Assembly: GCA_965226545.1 (NCBI GenBank)
Contig: OZ245364.1
Location: forward strand, 2,170,397 to 2,234,396
Reading direction: 5' to 3'
DNA: 64,000 nucleotides
From: Candidatus Poriferihabitaceae bacterium
Lineage (GTDB): Bacteria > Pseudomonadota > Gammaproteobacteria > Arenicellales > Poriferihabitantaceae
Numbering within the stretch: position 1 is the first letter of the stretch; every line of letters starts with the position of its first letter. Under the pieces are notes generated by a model that did no database searches, was not told where the DNA came from, and saw only the letters and a program-made list of their open reading frames with translations. Made by a program: the position numbers and the translations under genes. Positions 20,330 through 30,962 of this stretch are shown piece by piece.

Positions 20330-20967
20330 TTCGCCGGGCTCGGTTGTAACCGGGCGATTTCATCCCGGATTTCATCGACGACTTGCGGATTGCAAATTTC
20401 TTTCCGCCCGTCTCGTTTAGTTGAGTATACGTAAAACACTTGTCCGCCAAAATCGTTTGTGAATCGTTGGATGGACTCTTGCTGCTGTTCGCGCACTTCG
20501 GGGTTATGGTCAAGATACGCTGCGTAACTTTCCGGCTTGATTTGAAGCCCGATAAATTTATCGCCAACCGCGATGAAGAAGTCGACATTGTAACTCCGGT
20601 CCCATTCATCGGATGCGGCGGTTATTTCACAATCAAGTTGTCCGGCAAGTTCGTGTACGAGTTGAATTTCGGTTTGATAACCGTCAAACGTTTTGCTAAT
20701 CACCAAATTAACAATGTAGTCGATGCAATCTTGCTCGGTGATTTCGCCAATTTCCGACATAACCACTTCGGTGATTTTTTCGTAAAGTGTCCGCCCCAAC
20801 GCCTCGAGGTGTGCGCGGCTTTTTACCTCACTAAAATAATACTGTTGCCATTCCTGTTCGGTTTGGGGGACGCAGTTCCTAATCGCTTTGGACACTGCAC
20901 CGACGCTACGCGCACTGTTCAACCTAAACCGATTGGTGGCTTTATTCAAAACCCATTCCTTAGGCAT
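20326..20967 (-). CDS. Putative type II restriction endonuclease (PD-(D/E)xK-like)
   Basis: 213 aa from the ATG at 20967, 4 nt after the methyltransferase stop. Its stop overlaps the pheA start. YNVDFFIAVGDKFIGLQIKPE looks like a D...[E/Q]xK nuclease core. It is AT-richer than its neighbours. The family resemblance (MjaI-like?) is only a recollection. Confidence 0.55.
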   Translation of the reverse strand: MPKEWVLNKATNRFRLNSARSVGAVSKAIRNCVPQTEQEWQQYYFSEVKSRAHLEALGRTLYEKITEVVMSEIGEITEQDCIDYIVNLVISKTFDGYQTEIQLVHELAGQLDCEITAASDEWDRSYNVDFFIAVGDKFIGLQIKPESYAAYLDHNPEVREQQQESIQRFTNDFGGQVFYVYSTKRDGRKEICNPQVVDEIRDEIARLQPSPAK

Positions 20968-22330
20968 CTTGACAACCCCGCTGATAATTAACAAACCGTT
21001 CAAGGTGACGATGCTCGGCGGTTTGGTCGGCGATGGCTAAGCCGGATTTAATCAGGTGCGCGTTGAGAAACGTTTTGTTGGCGAGATACACATAACAAAG
21101 CGGATTGCCGTCTTCGTCGTAGCGTTCACGGTCGCGTTTAATGAACACCTTGCCGCCGGCGGTTTTTGCGCGCACAAATGCAATTGCATCGGCGGCGCGC
21201 GCCGACACCGGCTTGACGCCCAACAAGCGCACGGTCACACCGTTGCTCAACTGCAGTTTGTCGGCGGCGACAATCGTGCGCACCGCATACAATTGGTCGT
21301 CGCGCCGCCCGCCGCCCTTGGCGTCAATCTTCGAACCAAACGCGAATTTTTTCGGGTCGACTTTGCGTTCGAGTTTAACCGGGTCTTTAAACATAAACGG
21401 CAATTTTTTCATCAAGCGCAAACATTGCTCCGCCGTCAGCGGTGCATTGGCGTCGGCCTGGAATTCGATTTTGGCGGGGTGCAGCAGGCTTTCATTTGCG
21501 CCCAATTTTTGTTCAATCACCGCGCGAAAATCCGGGTTGATTTCATAGCCGATGGAATTGCGCTGCAGATTCATTGCGCTTAATGAAGTGGTGCCGCTGC
21601 CGACAAACGGGTCGAGCACCGTCTCGCCGACAAACGAGAACATTTTAATCAGGCGGTTGGGCAACTCCGGCGGAAACACCGCGATGTGTTTATCCTGTTT
21701 TGCGCCGGCAAAATTCCAATGTCCGGAAAAAAACGTGTTCCATTCGCGCGCGGTTAATTTGGAGCGGGCTTTTGATTCGGCGCCGATGCGTTTGCCGGAC
21801 GGCGCGCCGATTTTTTTAAACAACAAAATCGATTCATAATCAATCTTGACGATACCGTTGCGCGGATACGGAAACGAACCCATGACCGCGCCGCCGCCGC
21901 TGGCGTTGGCGGTGGTTTTTTTTTGCCAAATGATTGCGCCCATGTAATCGAAACCGATGGTTTCACAAAAGCGGATGATTTCGGTTTTAATCGGCACGAC
22001 TTTATATCGCCCATAATACGCCGCGCGCGCAAATTGGTCGCCGATATTGATGCATAAACGACAACCGCTTTCGAGCGCGCGATGGCATTCCGCCCAAACC
22101 AGATTAAGATTGTTGATGTAGACCTCGTAGGAATCGTCATAGCCGATTTGATTCGCCGCGCCGTAATCTTTCAGTTGCCAATACGGCGGCGAAGTAACCG
22201 CCAACTGCACCGAGTTGTCCGCCACCGAATCCATTCGCCGCGCATCGCCGATGATGATTTGATGCGCGCTGCCCGGCAATGCGCGCGCCGCGCATTCGAA
22301 ATGTGATTCGCCGACTTGCCCGCCCATCAT
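20960..22330 (-). CDS. DNA amino-methyltransferase (N6-adenine or N4-cytosine, beta class) with a C-terminal SNase-like OB-fold domain
   Basis: Motif IV VTSPPYW precedes motif I LDPFVGSGTT (N6_N4_Mtase order). The C-terminal ~120 aa (VTVRLLGVKP...GNPLCYVYL...LNAHLIKSGLAIAD) follows the thermonuclease fold pattern. The start MMGGQ at 22330 lies 1 nt from the gyrA stop. Confidence 0.85.
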   Translation of the reverse strand: MMGGQVGESHFECAARALPGSAHQIIIGDARRMDSVADNSVQLAVTSPPYWQLKDYGAANQIGYDDSYEVYINNLNLVWAECHRALESGCRLCINIGDQFARAAYYGRYKVVPIKTEIIRFCETIGFDYMGAIIWQKKTTANASGGGAVMGSFPYPRNGIVKIDYESILLFKKIGAPSGKRIGAESKARSKLTAREWNTFFSGHWNFAGAKQDKHIAVFPPELPNRLIKMFSFVGETVLDPFVGSGTTSLSAMNLQRNSIGYEINPDFRAVIEQKLGANESLLHPAKIEFQADANAPLTAEQCLRLMKKLPFMFKDPVKLERKVDPKKFAFGSKIDAKGGGRRDDQLYAVRTIVAADKLQLSNGVTVRLLGVKPVSARAADAIAFVRAKTAGGKVFIKRDRERYDEDGNPLCYVYLANKTFLNAHLIKSGLAIADQTAEHRHLERFVNYQRGCQDA

Positions 22331-22331
22331 A

Positions 22332-24947
22332 TTAATGAATCGCTTCGCTCGGCGCATCAGTGGCGGCGTCACCGTCGCCGTTGTCGTCGCCCGGGTCATC
22401 GACCTTGCCGACGCTGACCAGCCGTTCGTCTTCCTTTAAGCGAATCAACCGCACGCCTTGCGTGTTGCGGCTGACGGTGGACACTTCATGCAAGCCGGTG
22501 CGCACCAACATTCCGCCGTCGGTAACCAACATCACTTCATCGCCGTCGCCGACCAGCAATGCGCTGACCACTTTGCCGTTGCGCTCGGAGGTTTTGATTG
22601 CAATCACGCCTTTGCCGGCGCGTCCTTTGCGCGGGAATTCGCTTGTGGCGGTGCGCTTGCCGTAGCCGTTTTCGGTGCTGACCAATATTTCGTCTTCGCC
22701 GGCGGCTGCGCCCGCGGCGGTTGGCGCGGGCACGATGATTAACGCAATCACGGCATCGTCTTTGTCCAAGTTGATGCCGCGCACGCCGATGGAACCGCGT
22801 CCGGCCACGCGCACTTTTTGTTCGTTGAAACGCACCGCCTTGCCGTTTTTGCTGAACAGCATAATGTCGTCTTCGCCGTCGGTCAGCGCAACATCCACCA
22901 AATAATCGTCCGCGCGGAATTTAATCGCCTTTAACCCCGACGGACGCGGGCGCGAAAATTTCTCCAAACCGCATTTGTTAATGGTGCCGCAAGCGGTCGC
23001 CATGACGATGGATTTGGCGGCGTCAAAATCCTTTATCGGCAAAATCGCGGTCACTTGTTCGCCCTCATCAAGCGACAACAAATTCACCAGCGGTTTGCCG
23101 CGCGCTTGGCGGCCGGCTTGCGGCAGTTGAAATGCGCGCAACCAATACACTTTGCCGCGATTGGAAAAACATAAAATCGTGTCATGCGAATTGGCGATGA
23201 ACATCCGCCCGACAAAATCGGCTTGTTTGGTGCGCGTGGCGATGCGTCCCTTGCCGCCGCGGCGTTGCGCGCGATAATCGTCGACCGGCTGCGATTTGGC
23301 GTAGCCGGCATGCGACAAGGTGACCACCAATTCGGCTTCGGGGATTAAATCTTCGGCTGACATATCGACTTCGCCTTCGATGATTTCGGTGCGGCGCGGG
23401 TCGGCGTATTGACGGCGCAATTCGCGCAACTCGTCGGCGATGACTTGCATCAGGCGTTTGGGGTTTTGCAAAATTTCGCCGAGCGCAATGATTTGTTCAA
23501 TCAATGCAGCGTATTCATCGTGAATTTTTTTCTGCTCGAGCCCGGTCAAGCGATGCAGCCGCAAATCCAAAATCGCCTGCGCCTGCGCCGGCGACAATCG
23601 ATAGCCGTCTTTGACCGCGCCGTATTTTTCATCCAAGTTGCGCGGACGCGACAAGTTGGCGTCGGCGCGGGTTAACATTTTTTCCGCGGCGCCGGCGCGC
23701 CAAGTGGCGCTCAGCAATCGTTCTTTTGCCTCGGCCGGGGTGCGCGCTTTTTTAATCAGCGCGATAATTTCATCGATGTTGGCGAGCGCCACCGCCAAGC
23801 CTTCCAACAGATGCGCACGGTCGCGCGCCTTGTGCAAATCGAACAACGTGCGCCGCGTCACCACTTCGCGGCGATGATTGATGAATTCTTCGAGAGTCTC
23901 CTTTAAGTTAAACAATCGCGGCTGGTTTTTGCCGAGCGCGACCATGTTGATGCCAAACACGTTTTGCAACTTGGTGTGTTGATACAAATTGTTTAACACC
24001 ACTTCGCTTTGTTCGCCGCGCTTGATTTCAATCACCATGCGCATGCCGGATTTGTCGGATTCATCGCGCAAGGCGGCCACGCCGTCCAACTTTTTGGCTT
24101 TAACCAACTCGGCGATTTTTTCCAGCAACTTGGCTTTGTTGACTTGATACGGCAGTTCATGCACGGCGATTAATTCGCGTCCCGAGGGCGCGGTTTCAAT
24201 CGCGCAACGCGCGCGCACCACCACCCGCCCGCGCCCGCTGTGATAGGCGTTGCGAATGCCGTCGCGCCCGACAATCACCCCGGCGGTGGGGAAATCCGGG
24301 CCGGGAATATGCGTCATTAATTCATCGATGCTGCAGTCGGGGTTTTTAATTAACGCCAAGGTCGCATCCACAGTCTCGCCGAGATTATGCGGCGGCACAT
24401 TGGTGGCCATGCCAACCGCAATGCCGGAGGAGCCGTTGACCAATAAATTCGGCGCGCGCGTCGGCAGCACCAGCGGTTGGGTTTCGGTTTCGTCATAATT
24501 GGGGCCGAAGTCGACCGTATCCTTTTCCAAATCGGCGAGCAGTTCATGCGCGATGCGCGCCAAACGGATTTCGGTATACCGCATCGCTGCCGGCGCATCG
24601 CCATCGACCGAGCCGAAGTTGCCTTGCCCATCGACCAACGGTTGGCGCATCGAAAAATCCTGCGCCATGCGCACAATCGCGTCGTATACGGCGGTGTCGC
24701 CGTGCGGATGATATTTGCCGATGACATCGCCAACCACGCGCGCCGATTTTTTATACGGCTTGTTGTAATCATTATTCAACACGCTCATCGCATACAACAC
24801 GCGTCGATGCACCGGCTTCAATCCGTCGCGCACATCCGGCAAGGCGCGCCCGACAATCACGCTCATCGCATAATCCAAATACGAACTGCGCATCTCGTGC
24901 TCGAGATTGGCGGGCACGGTCTCCTTGGCAAAACTGGTTTCGTTCAT
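22332..24947 (-). CDS. gyrA: DNA gyrase subunit A
   Basis: 871 aa: [21 protein letters not shown], the QRDR-region [20 protein letters not shown], and active-site AAMRYTE. Confidence 0.98.
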   Translation of the reverse strand: MNETSFAKETVPANLEHEMRSSYLDYAMSVIVGRALPDVRDGLKPVHRRVLYAMSVLNNDYNKPYKKSARVVGDVIGKYHPHGDTAVYDAIVRMAQDFSMRQPLVDGQGNFGSVDGDAPAAMRYTEIRLARIAHELLADLEKDTVDFGPNYDETETQPLVLPTRAPNLLVNGSSGIAVGMATNVPPHNLGETVDATLALIKNPDCSIDELMTHIPGPDFPTAGVIVGRDGIRNAYHSGRGRVVVRARCAIETAPSGRELIAVHELPYQVNKAKLLEKIAELVKAKKLDGVAALRDESDKSGMRMVIEIKRGEQSEVVLNNLYQHTKLQNVFGINMVALGKNQPRLFNLKETLEEFINHRREVVTRRTLFDLHKARDRAHLLEGLAVALANIDEIIALIKKARTPAEAKERLLSATWRAGAAEKMLTRADANLSRPRNLDEKYGAVKDGYRLSPAQAQAILDLRLHRLTGLEQKKIHDEYAALIEQIIALGEILQNPKRLMQVIADELRELRRQYADPRRTEIIEGEVDMSAEDLIPEAELVVTLSHAGYAKSQPVDDYRAQRRGGKGRIATRTKQADFVGRMFIANSHDTILCFSNRGKVYWLRAFQLPQAGRQARGKPLVNLLSLDEGEQVTAILPIKDFDAAKSIVMATACGTINKCGLEKFSRPRPSGLKAIKFRADDYLVDVALTDGEDDIMLFSKNGKAVRFNEQKVRVAGRGSIGVRGINLDKDDAVIALIIVPAPTAAGAAAGEDEILVSTENGYGKRTATSEFPRKGRAGKGVIAIKTSERNGKVVSALLVGDGDEVMLVTDGGMLVRTGLHEVSTVSRNTQGVRLIRLKEDERLVSVGKVDDPGDDNGDGDAATDAPSEAIH

Positions 24948-25432
24948 CGGTGCACGGGGGCGGAATGATTGGCGGTGCAGCGGCGGGGTTAATCAGGCGT
25001 GGGTTAAGGCGACGGTGACAATGTCGTACATCGGATGCCGTACATCGAATCGCGTTGCATCGATGCGGCATCGACATACTCGATATGCCATCGATACGCC
25101 ATCGACATCATCGACATGCCGATGCCAAGTATAGCACAACCCGCGCCTTGCCCGGCGACGGTTGCCTTGTGCGCGGGCTTGTGCTATGGTTTGCGCATCG
25201 GTGTCGGCATGCCGAATGCCAAAGAAGTTTGCCAAGTGCATCGCCGCACTCCGCGCTTTTGTATGCGCACTTTTAACGACACATTGTTGCGCGGTTTTTG
25301 TTAAAGTATTGTTGTGAGTGTTGTCAATGTTGGGCTGTTGAGAATGTTGTGACGATTGTTGTACGTTTTGGGGTAGTGCATGGCGGTTAATGTGCATTTT
25401 TGTTAAAACATTTCCATAATCAGGTGAACACA

Positions 25433-25750
25433 ATGAATCAGCAAAAAGGAATGGCGCTGCAGGATCCTTTCTTGAATGTCTTGCGCAAAGAAAGAATCCC
25501 GGTGTCCATTTTTCTGGTCAACGGCATCAAACTGCAAGGGCAGATTGAATCGTTCGACCAATTCGTCGTGCTGTTGCGCAACAGCGTCAACCAAATGATT
25601 TACAAACACGCGATTTCCACCGTGGTGCCGGCGCGTCCGGTGCGCATCCCGTATGAAGATCGCGTCGAAGATCGCATCGAAGACCGCGCCGAAGAAAGCG
25701 TCGAAGATTTCGCCCAAGAATCGCGCGGCGAACAGCGGCCGTCGTATTAA
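25433..25750 (+). CDS. hfq: RNA chaperone Hfq with an acidic repetitive C-terminal tail
   Basis: [66 protein letters not shown] is near-canonical Hfq. The tail is [19 protein letters not shown]. Confidence 0.95.
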   Translation: MNQQKGMALQDPFLNVLRKERIPVSIFLVNGIKLQGQIESFDQFVVLLRNSVNQMIYKHAISTVVPARPVRIPYEDRVEDRIEDRAEESVEDFAQESRGEQRPSY

Positions 25751-25798
25751 GCGCCGCCCGCTTTTGCGCTTGGTCTGCGCGCTGCGCGCGGCGAATGC

Positions 25799-27067
25799 AT
25801 GAGTGAACGGGCGATTTTGGTTGCGCAATTGGCGCGTCGCGCGTCGGGCGACGCGCCGCTTGGCGAACTCGCCGAGTTGGCGCGTTCCGCCGGCGTGCGG
25901 GTGTGCGCGCAATTGGTGGTGCGCCGCGACAAACCGGTCGCGGCGACTTATCTCGGCGCGGGGGTGGCGCGCCAACTGCATGACTTGGTGGTCGCGCACG
26001 ACGCGCATGTGGCGATTTTCGACCACGCCATCTCGCCGATTCAAGAGCGCAATTTGGAAGGCATCGCGCAATGTCGGGTGCTCGACCGCACCGGATTGAT
26101 TCTCGACATCTTCGCCCAACGCGCGCAATCCAGCGAAGGCAAACTGCAGGTCGAACTTGCGCAGTTGCGTCATCTGTCGACTCGCTTGGTGCGCGGTTGG
26201 TCGCATTTGGAACGCCAAAAAGGCGGCGTCGGTTTGCGCGGTCCGGGCGAGACGCAATTGGAAACCGACCGCCGATTAATCGGCGCGCGCATCAAATCAT
26301 TGCGCCGCGCATTGACGCGCATCGAATCACAACGCACCTTGCGGCGTCGCGCACGACAACGTGCGCCGATTCCCACCGTGTCGCTGGTTGGCTACACCAA
26401 CGCCGGCAAGTCATCGTTGTTTAATCGCTTAACTTGCGCCGGCGCGCGCACCGCCAATCAATTGTTCGCCACCTTGGATACAACGATGCGCCGCGTGCAT
26501 GTCGCGCAATACGGCGCGGTGGTGTTGTCGGATACGGTCGGTTTCATCCGCGACCTGCCGCATGATTTAATCGCCGCGTTTCATTCGACTCTCGAAGAGT
26601 TAACCTGCGCCTCTTGTTTATTGTTGGTCAACGATTGCGCCGACGCCAACCGCGCCGAGTTGCGCGACGCGGTCGAAGGCGTGCTCGAGGAAATCGGCGC
26701 GGCCACGGTGCCGCGCATCATCGTCAACAACAAAATCGACCTGTGCGATGAAACGCCGCGCATCCGCCGCAACGCCGCCGGACAAATCGATGCGGTTTGG
26801 TTGTCGGCGCACAGCGGAGACGGCGTGCAGTTGTTGGACGCCGCACTCGGCGAATTGCTCGGCGCCTCGCGCCGCCGTTATCGATTGCGCATCAAACCCG
26901 AAGCCGGCGCGTTGCGCGCTTGGCTGTATCGCCGCGCCGAAGTGCTCGGCGAACAAATCGCCGACAGCGGCGAAATCCAACTCGATGTCGCAATGGAATC
27001 CGCCGCGCGCGGCGCCCTCGAATCCAAACGCCAATTCGCCGGATTGTGGTCGGAGGCGCGTGAGTGA
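25799..27067 (+). CDS. hflX: GTPase HflX
   Basis: 422 aa: HflX N-domain, then G1 VGYTNAGKSSLFN and G3 DTVGF. It has the conserved position after hfq. Confidence 0.92.
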   Translation: MSERAILVAQLARRASGDAPLGELAELARSAGVRVCAQLVVRRDKPVAATYLGAGVARQLHDLVVAHDAHVAIFDHAISPIQERNLEGIAQCRVLDRTGLILDIFAQRAQSSEGKLQVELAQLRHLSTRLVRGWSHLERQKGGVGLRGPGETQLETDRRLIGARIKSLRRALTRIESQRTLRRRARQRAPIPTVSLVGYTNAGKSSLFNRLTCAGARTANQLFATLDTTMRRVHVAQYGAVVLSDTVGFIRDLPHDLIAAFHSTLEELTCASCLLLVNDCADANRAELRDAVEGVLEEIGAATVPRIIVNNKIDLCDETPRIRRNAAGQIDAVWLSAHSGDGVQLLDAALGELLGASRRRYRLRIKPEAGALRAWLYRRAEVLGEQIADSGEIQLDVAMESAARGALESKRQFAGLWSEARE

Positions 27068-27512
27068 ACTTTCCATGCCGCGCGTATTGTGAAAGTATAT
27101 TTGTTAAAGTACATTCGTCAAAACAGTCGCGCAGTCGTCACAAAATACGCTGTCGAATGTAACGCCAACTGCGCTGCCATTAATATACAAACCGCGCCTT
27201 CGCCGCACCGCTTGCGTTTTGCGGCGCGATTGGTTAACAATGCGCACCGCTTGGCGACGACGACAATGTCGACGATGTCGGTAACGACAGTGCGCCGATA
27301 CAATGTCGCAATTGCTTACCAACGCCTCGACAACACCTCGCCAACGCCCCGACAAAGTTAACGCCATTATCGACCTGTTAATAGTGACTACTTAATTCAT
27401 TAATATAGTGACTACCGCAACAAGTTAACCGACTCATTATATTAAGCGCGAATTAAGCGCGAATTAAACGTAACCGCAACCAACCCCGCCGACTCTCACC
27501 CCGCATAAACCA

Positions 27513-29168
27513 ATGCCCCGCAACAAATCCCGCCGCCGTCAAAAATCGCGCGCGCGCCCGCCCGCCGCCGCACCGCAAACCGCCGTCGTTAACAACGACG
27601 CCGCCGACGCCAACGTTAACGCCCCAGTGTGGCGGCATTTATGGTGGATATTAATCTTGGCGTGGATTGCGCGCGTAGCCGTGGCGTTGAGCGGCGATTT
27701 TGTGTTGCACCCGGATGAAATCATGCAATACTTGGAGCCGGCGCATCGCTTGGTGTTCGGCAACGGCGTGATGTATTGGGAATACTTTTACGGCGCGCGT
27801 TCGTGGTTGGTGCCGGGCATGGTCGCCGGCGTGTTGAAGGCGTGTCAATTGCTCGGCTTGGATTCACCGACCGCGTATGTCGCCGCGGTCAAAATCGCGT
27901 TTTGTACGCTGTCGCTGTTGATACCGCTCAGCATGTATTTTTTCGCGCGCGCGCAATTTAATGAAACCGCGGCGCGGTTTGCGTTGCTCGGCGGGGCGTT
28001 TTGGTATGAACTGGTCGGCTTTGCGCACAAGCCGATGACCGAATTCGTCGCCGCCGCCTTGTTGATGATGCTCGCCGCGATGTTGGTGTCAACCCGCGCC
28101 GACACCCGCGCCACCGCGCGATTTGTTTGGTTGATTGCATTCCTCTCGGTGTTGGCGGCGGCGGTGCGATTGCAATACGCGCCGTTGGCCGGGTTGATGT
28201 GGATTGCGTTTTTTTTCCATCTGCCGATGCGCGCGAGATTGCATTTGTTGATTGCATCGACGCTGTTTTTCATCGCCGTCGGCGTGTTCGACGGCTGGAG
28301 TTGGGGCGGTGCGCCGTTTCATTCCTATCTCACCAACTTGCGCTTTAACTTCGCGCTGGATGAATACGCCAACCGCGTCAATCCGGCGATGGTGTATTTT
28401 GTCCGCGCGTTGTTGGCCGGCTGCGGCTTGAGCATAATCACAATCGCGCTTGCGTTTGGCGCGCATCGCCGCTATCGATTGCTGTTGATTGCCATCGGCG
28501 TGGTGCTGTTGATTCACGCGATGCAGGCGCATAAGGAATATCGCTTCATCTTCATCTTCATTCCGCTGTGGCTGTTAATCGGCGCGGATATGCTGGCGCG
28601 CGCGCGCGTCATCCGCGCACCGTTGATTGGCGGCGTCGCGCTTATCATTTCACTCGGCGGGATTTTGAACCTGTTGCCGCTGCAGGCGAAAGTGTATGAA
28701 AGCGATTCGAATGAGACCGGCATCGTGCAATTTATCCGCGCCCAAGACCCAATCTTCGCCGCCTATCGTTATCTGCAAAGCAATCCCGAAGTGCGCGGCG
28801 TATGGCAAAGCGACCGACCGTATTTCAACACGCCCGGCTATTATTATCTGCATCACAAACTGCCGTTCTACGATGCCCACACCATTCGCGCCAACGCCGC
28901 CAGCCTGCAGGACATCCCGCAATTGGTCACGCACATCGTCGGTCAAGCCGCGAAACCGCCGTTGCCCGGCTATGTGCTCGACCGTCAATTCGGCGATTTG
29001 CGCATCTGGCAACGCGCCGCCGAGACCAATGCCGCCGGCGCGATTCGCCAATGGCGCGACTATGCGCCAACCTCGACCGGCGAATTGGTCGACAACATCA
29101 TCCGCCGCATCAACCCCAACGCCCCAACGCCGCCGCCCAATGATGGGATTCAGTTTGTCGATGAATGA
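27513..29168 (+). CDS. Polytopic GT-C glycosyltransferase, Alg9/PIG-B-like (GT22-type) mannosyltransferase
   Basis: 551 aa with many TM helices. The N-terminal loop motif HPDEIMQYLEPAHRLVFG resembles the HPDExFQxxE signature of GT22 enzymes. The subfamily assignment is from memory. Confidence 0.6.
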   Translation: MPRNKSRRRQKSRARPPAAAPQTAVVNNDAADANVNAPVWRHLWWILILAWIARVAVALSGDFVLHPDEIMQYLEPAHRLVFGNGVMYWEYFYGARSWLVPGMVAGVLKACQLLGLDSPTAYVAAVKIAFCTLSLLIPLSMYFFARAQFNETAARFALLGGAFWYELVGFAHKPMTEFVAAALLMMLAAMLVSTRADTRATARFVWLIAFLSVLAAAVRLQYAPLAGLMWIAFFFHLPMRARLHLLIASTLFFIAVGVFDGWSWGGAPFHSYLTNLRFNFALDEYANRVNPAMVYFVRALLAGCGLSIITIALAFGAHRRYRLLLIAIGVVLLIHAMQAHKEYRFIFIFIPLWLLIGADMLARARVIRAPLIGGVALIISLGGILNLLPLQAKVYESDSNETGIVQFIRAQDPIFAAYRYLQSNPEVRGVWQSDRPYFNTPGYYYLHHKLPFYDAHTIRANAASLQDIPQLVTHIVGQAAKPPLPGYVLDRQFGDLRIWQRAAETNAAGAIRQWRDYAPTSTGELVDNIIRRINPNAPTPPPNDGIQFVDE

Positions 29169-29411
29169 TTTAATGGTTGACGATTAATGCGTGGCGTTGC
29201 AAGCGGATTTTTATTCGACTGTTATTTGTTAATGTATTTGTAACTATATTTGTAACTATATTGGTAAAAGTTTTTGTAAAAGTATTTGTAAAAGTATTTG
29301 TAAAAGTAACTGTCACTTGTAACTGTTATTTTTACTTTTGCGTTACTGCCACTCGTTACTTTTACTGTCACTTCGCACTGTCACTATCCACCGTCCCCGC
29401 CAAACCGCACA

Positions 29412-30326
29412 ATGAAAATCCTCCTCACCGGCGGCGCCGGTTTTATCGGCTCGCATGTCGCCGACGCCTTGTTGGCCGACGGGCATCAACTGCTGATTAT
29501 CGACGACTTATCCGGCGGCGACCGCGCCAATCTGCCGCACGGCGCGGCGTTTGAACAAATCGACATCCGCGACCGTGAATCATTGGCGCGCGCGTTTGCG
29601 CAATTTGCGCCGCAGGCGGTCAATCATCACGCCGCGCAAATCGATGTGCGCGCCTCGACCCAAGACCCGCAAACCGACGCGCAAATCAACATCATCGGCT
29701 CGTTAAATCTGCTCGAGTTGTGCGCCGAACATCGCGTGCAACAGTTTATCTTTGCATCGAGCGCGGCGGTGTATGGCGAACCGCGCGACTTGCCGGCGCG
29801 CGAAGACGCGCCGCTTGCGCCGGCGTCGCCGTATGGCATCGCCAAATTGTGCGTCGAACATTATGCGGCGTTTTTTGCGCACACCCGCAACATCGCGTTT
29901 AGCGCATTGCGTTATGCAAATGTATACGGCGAACGCCAAGCCACCGACCGCGACACCGGCATCCTGTCGATACTGTGCGGCAATCATCGCAACGATGCGC
30001 CAAGCACTTTGTTCGGCGACGGCAAACAAACCCGCGATTATGTGCATGTCGCCGATGTCGCGCGCGCCAATGTGCTGTGCCTGCGCGCGCCGTGTCAGGT
30101 ATGCAACATCTCGACCGCGCAACAAACTTCATTATTGGATTTGGTCGAGCAATTGACGCATGCATCGAAACGTGCGGTGAAGATTAACCACGCCGCCGGC
30201 AAGCCCGGCGATGTCGCCAACATCAGCCTATCGAATGCGCGCGCCGCCGATGCACTCGGCTGGACGCCGCAAATCACCCTCGCCGCCGGCGTTGAGCGGG
30301 TGTGGCAATGGGCGCAGGCGAAGTGA
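29412..30326 (+). CDS. NAD-dependent sugar epimerase (UDP-glucose 4-epimerase-like, short-chain dehydrogenase fold)
   Basis: MKILLTGGAGFIGSHVADAL (GxxGxxG) and the catalytic SPYGIAK (YxxxK). Length is 304 aa. Confidence 0.8.
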   Translation: MKILLTGGAGFIGSHVADALLADGHQLLIIDDLSGGDRANLPHGAAFEQIDIRDRESLARAFAQFAPQAVNHHAAQIDVRASTQDPQTDAQINIIGSLNLLELCAEHRVQQFIFASSAAVYGEPRDLPAREDAPLAPASPYGIAKLCVEHYAAFFAHTRNIAFSALRYANVYGERQATDRDTGILSILCGNHRNDAPSTLFGDGKQTRDYVHVADVARANVLCLRAPCQVCNISTAQQTSLLDLVEQLTHASKRAVKINHAAGKPGDVANISLSNARAADALGWTPQITLAAGVERVWQWAQAK

Positions 30327-30349
30327 CGCGCATGGTGAATCGATGGCGC

Positions 30350-30503
30350 ATAACTTTATCGACGCGACTTTGACCGGCGCGACTTTATCGAATGACTTTA
30401 TCGATTTATCGAACGACTTTATCGCGCGAATCGAACGACTTTATCGCGCGACGTTACCGAATGAATTCATCGAACGAACTCATCGAATTTATCGAACGAC
30501 TTG
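30350..30503. repeat. Array of GACTTTATCG-type decamers upstream of the DUF4212/symporter operon
   Basis: At least 5 close copies: aactttatcga, gactttgacc, gactttatcga, gactttatcga, gactttatcgcg, gactttatcgcg, then a weaker aatttatcgaacgactt. Confidence 0.75.
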
Positions 30504-30701
30504 GTTGACCGTATATGCGGAAAAAGTGCATACAAAGTGCATACAGTATGCGCAAAATGTGACTCGCATGCACCTTGAAATCGCGCGCGGCGTTTGACAG
30601 CGGCGACAAAATTGGCTACATTTGCGCCCGCCGCAGTTGTGTAATTGCGGCGCAACAAAAATCTTTCAACTTTCATTCACTTTAAAGACGAGAGGATTAT
30701 C

Positions 30702-30962
30702 ATGACTGATTCCCAGCGCATCCTGCACTGGCAACGCACCAAACGCCTAATGGTGGTGACCTTGGTGTTGTGGGCGGTGTTTTCGTTTTTGGTGCATTGG
30801 TTTGCATCCGCGCTTAACGCTTTCACCTTCATCGGTTTCCCGCTTGGCTTTTACATGGCCGCACAAGGCTCGGAAATCATCTTCGTGCTGCTGCTGTTTT
30901 GGTTTTCCCGCACGCAGCACAAAATCGATGTCGAAACCGGCTTTGCCGAGGAGAACGCATAA
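30702..30962 (+). CDS. DUF4212 small membrane subunit of a sodium:solute symporter
   Basis: 86 aa from MTDSQRILHWQRTKRLMVVTLVLWAVFSF...FIGFPLGFYMAAQGSEIIFVLL. Its stop overlaps the symporter ATG (TAATG), the typical DUF4212-SSS pair. Confidence 0.8.
   Translation: MTDSQRILHWQRTKRLMVVTLVLWAVFSFLVHWFASALNAFTFIGFPLGFYMAAQGSEIIFVLLLFWFSRTQHKIDVETGFAEENA

Noticed and set aside
27068-27512. Possible small gene or sRNA in the hflX-glycosyltransferase spacer (ORFs 27089-27361 and 27104-27367; short direct repeats TAGTGACTAC and ATTAAGCGCGA)
   Set aside because: The ORFs overlap each other on opposite strands and lack a ribosome-binding site. The repeats are very short. There is nothing I can support beyond another atypical spacer.
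30612-30626. Sigma-54-like TGGCTACATTTGCG upstream of the DUF4212 gene
   Set aside because: The GG-to-GC spacing is 2 nt shorter than the TGGCAC-N5-TTGC consensus.
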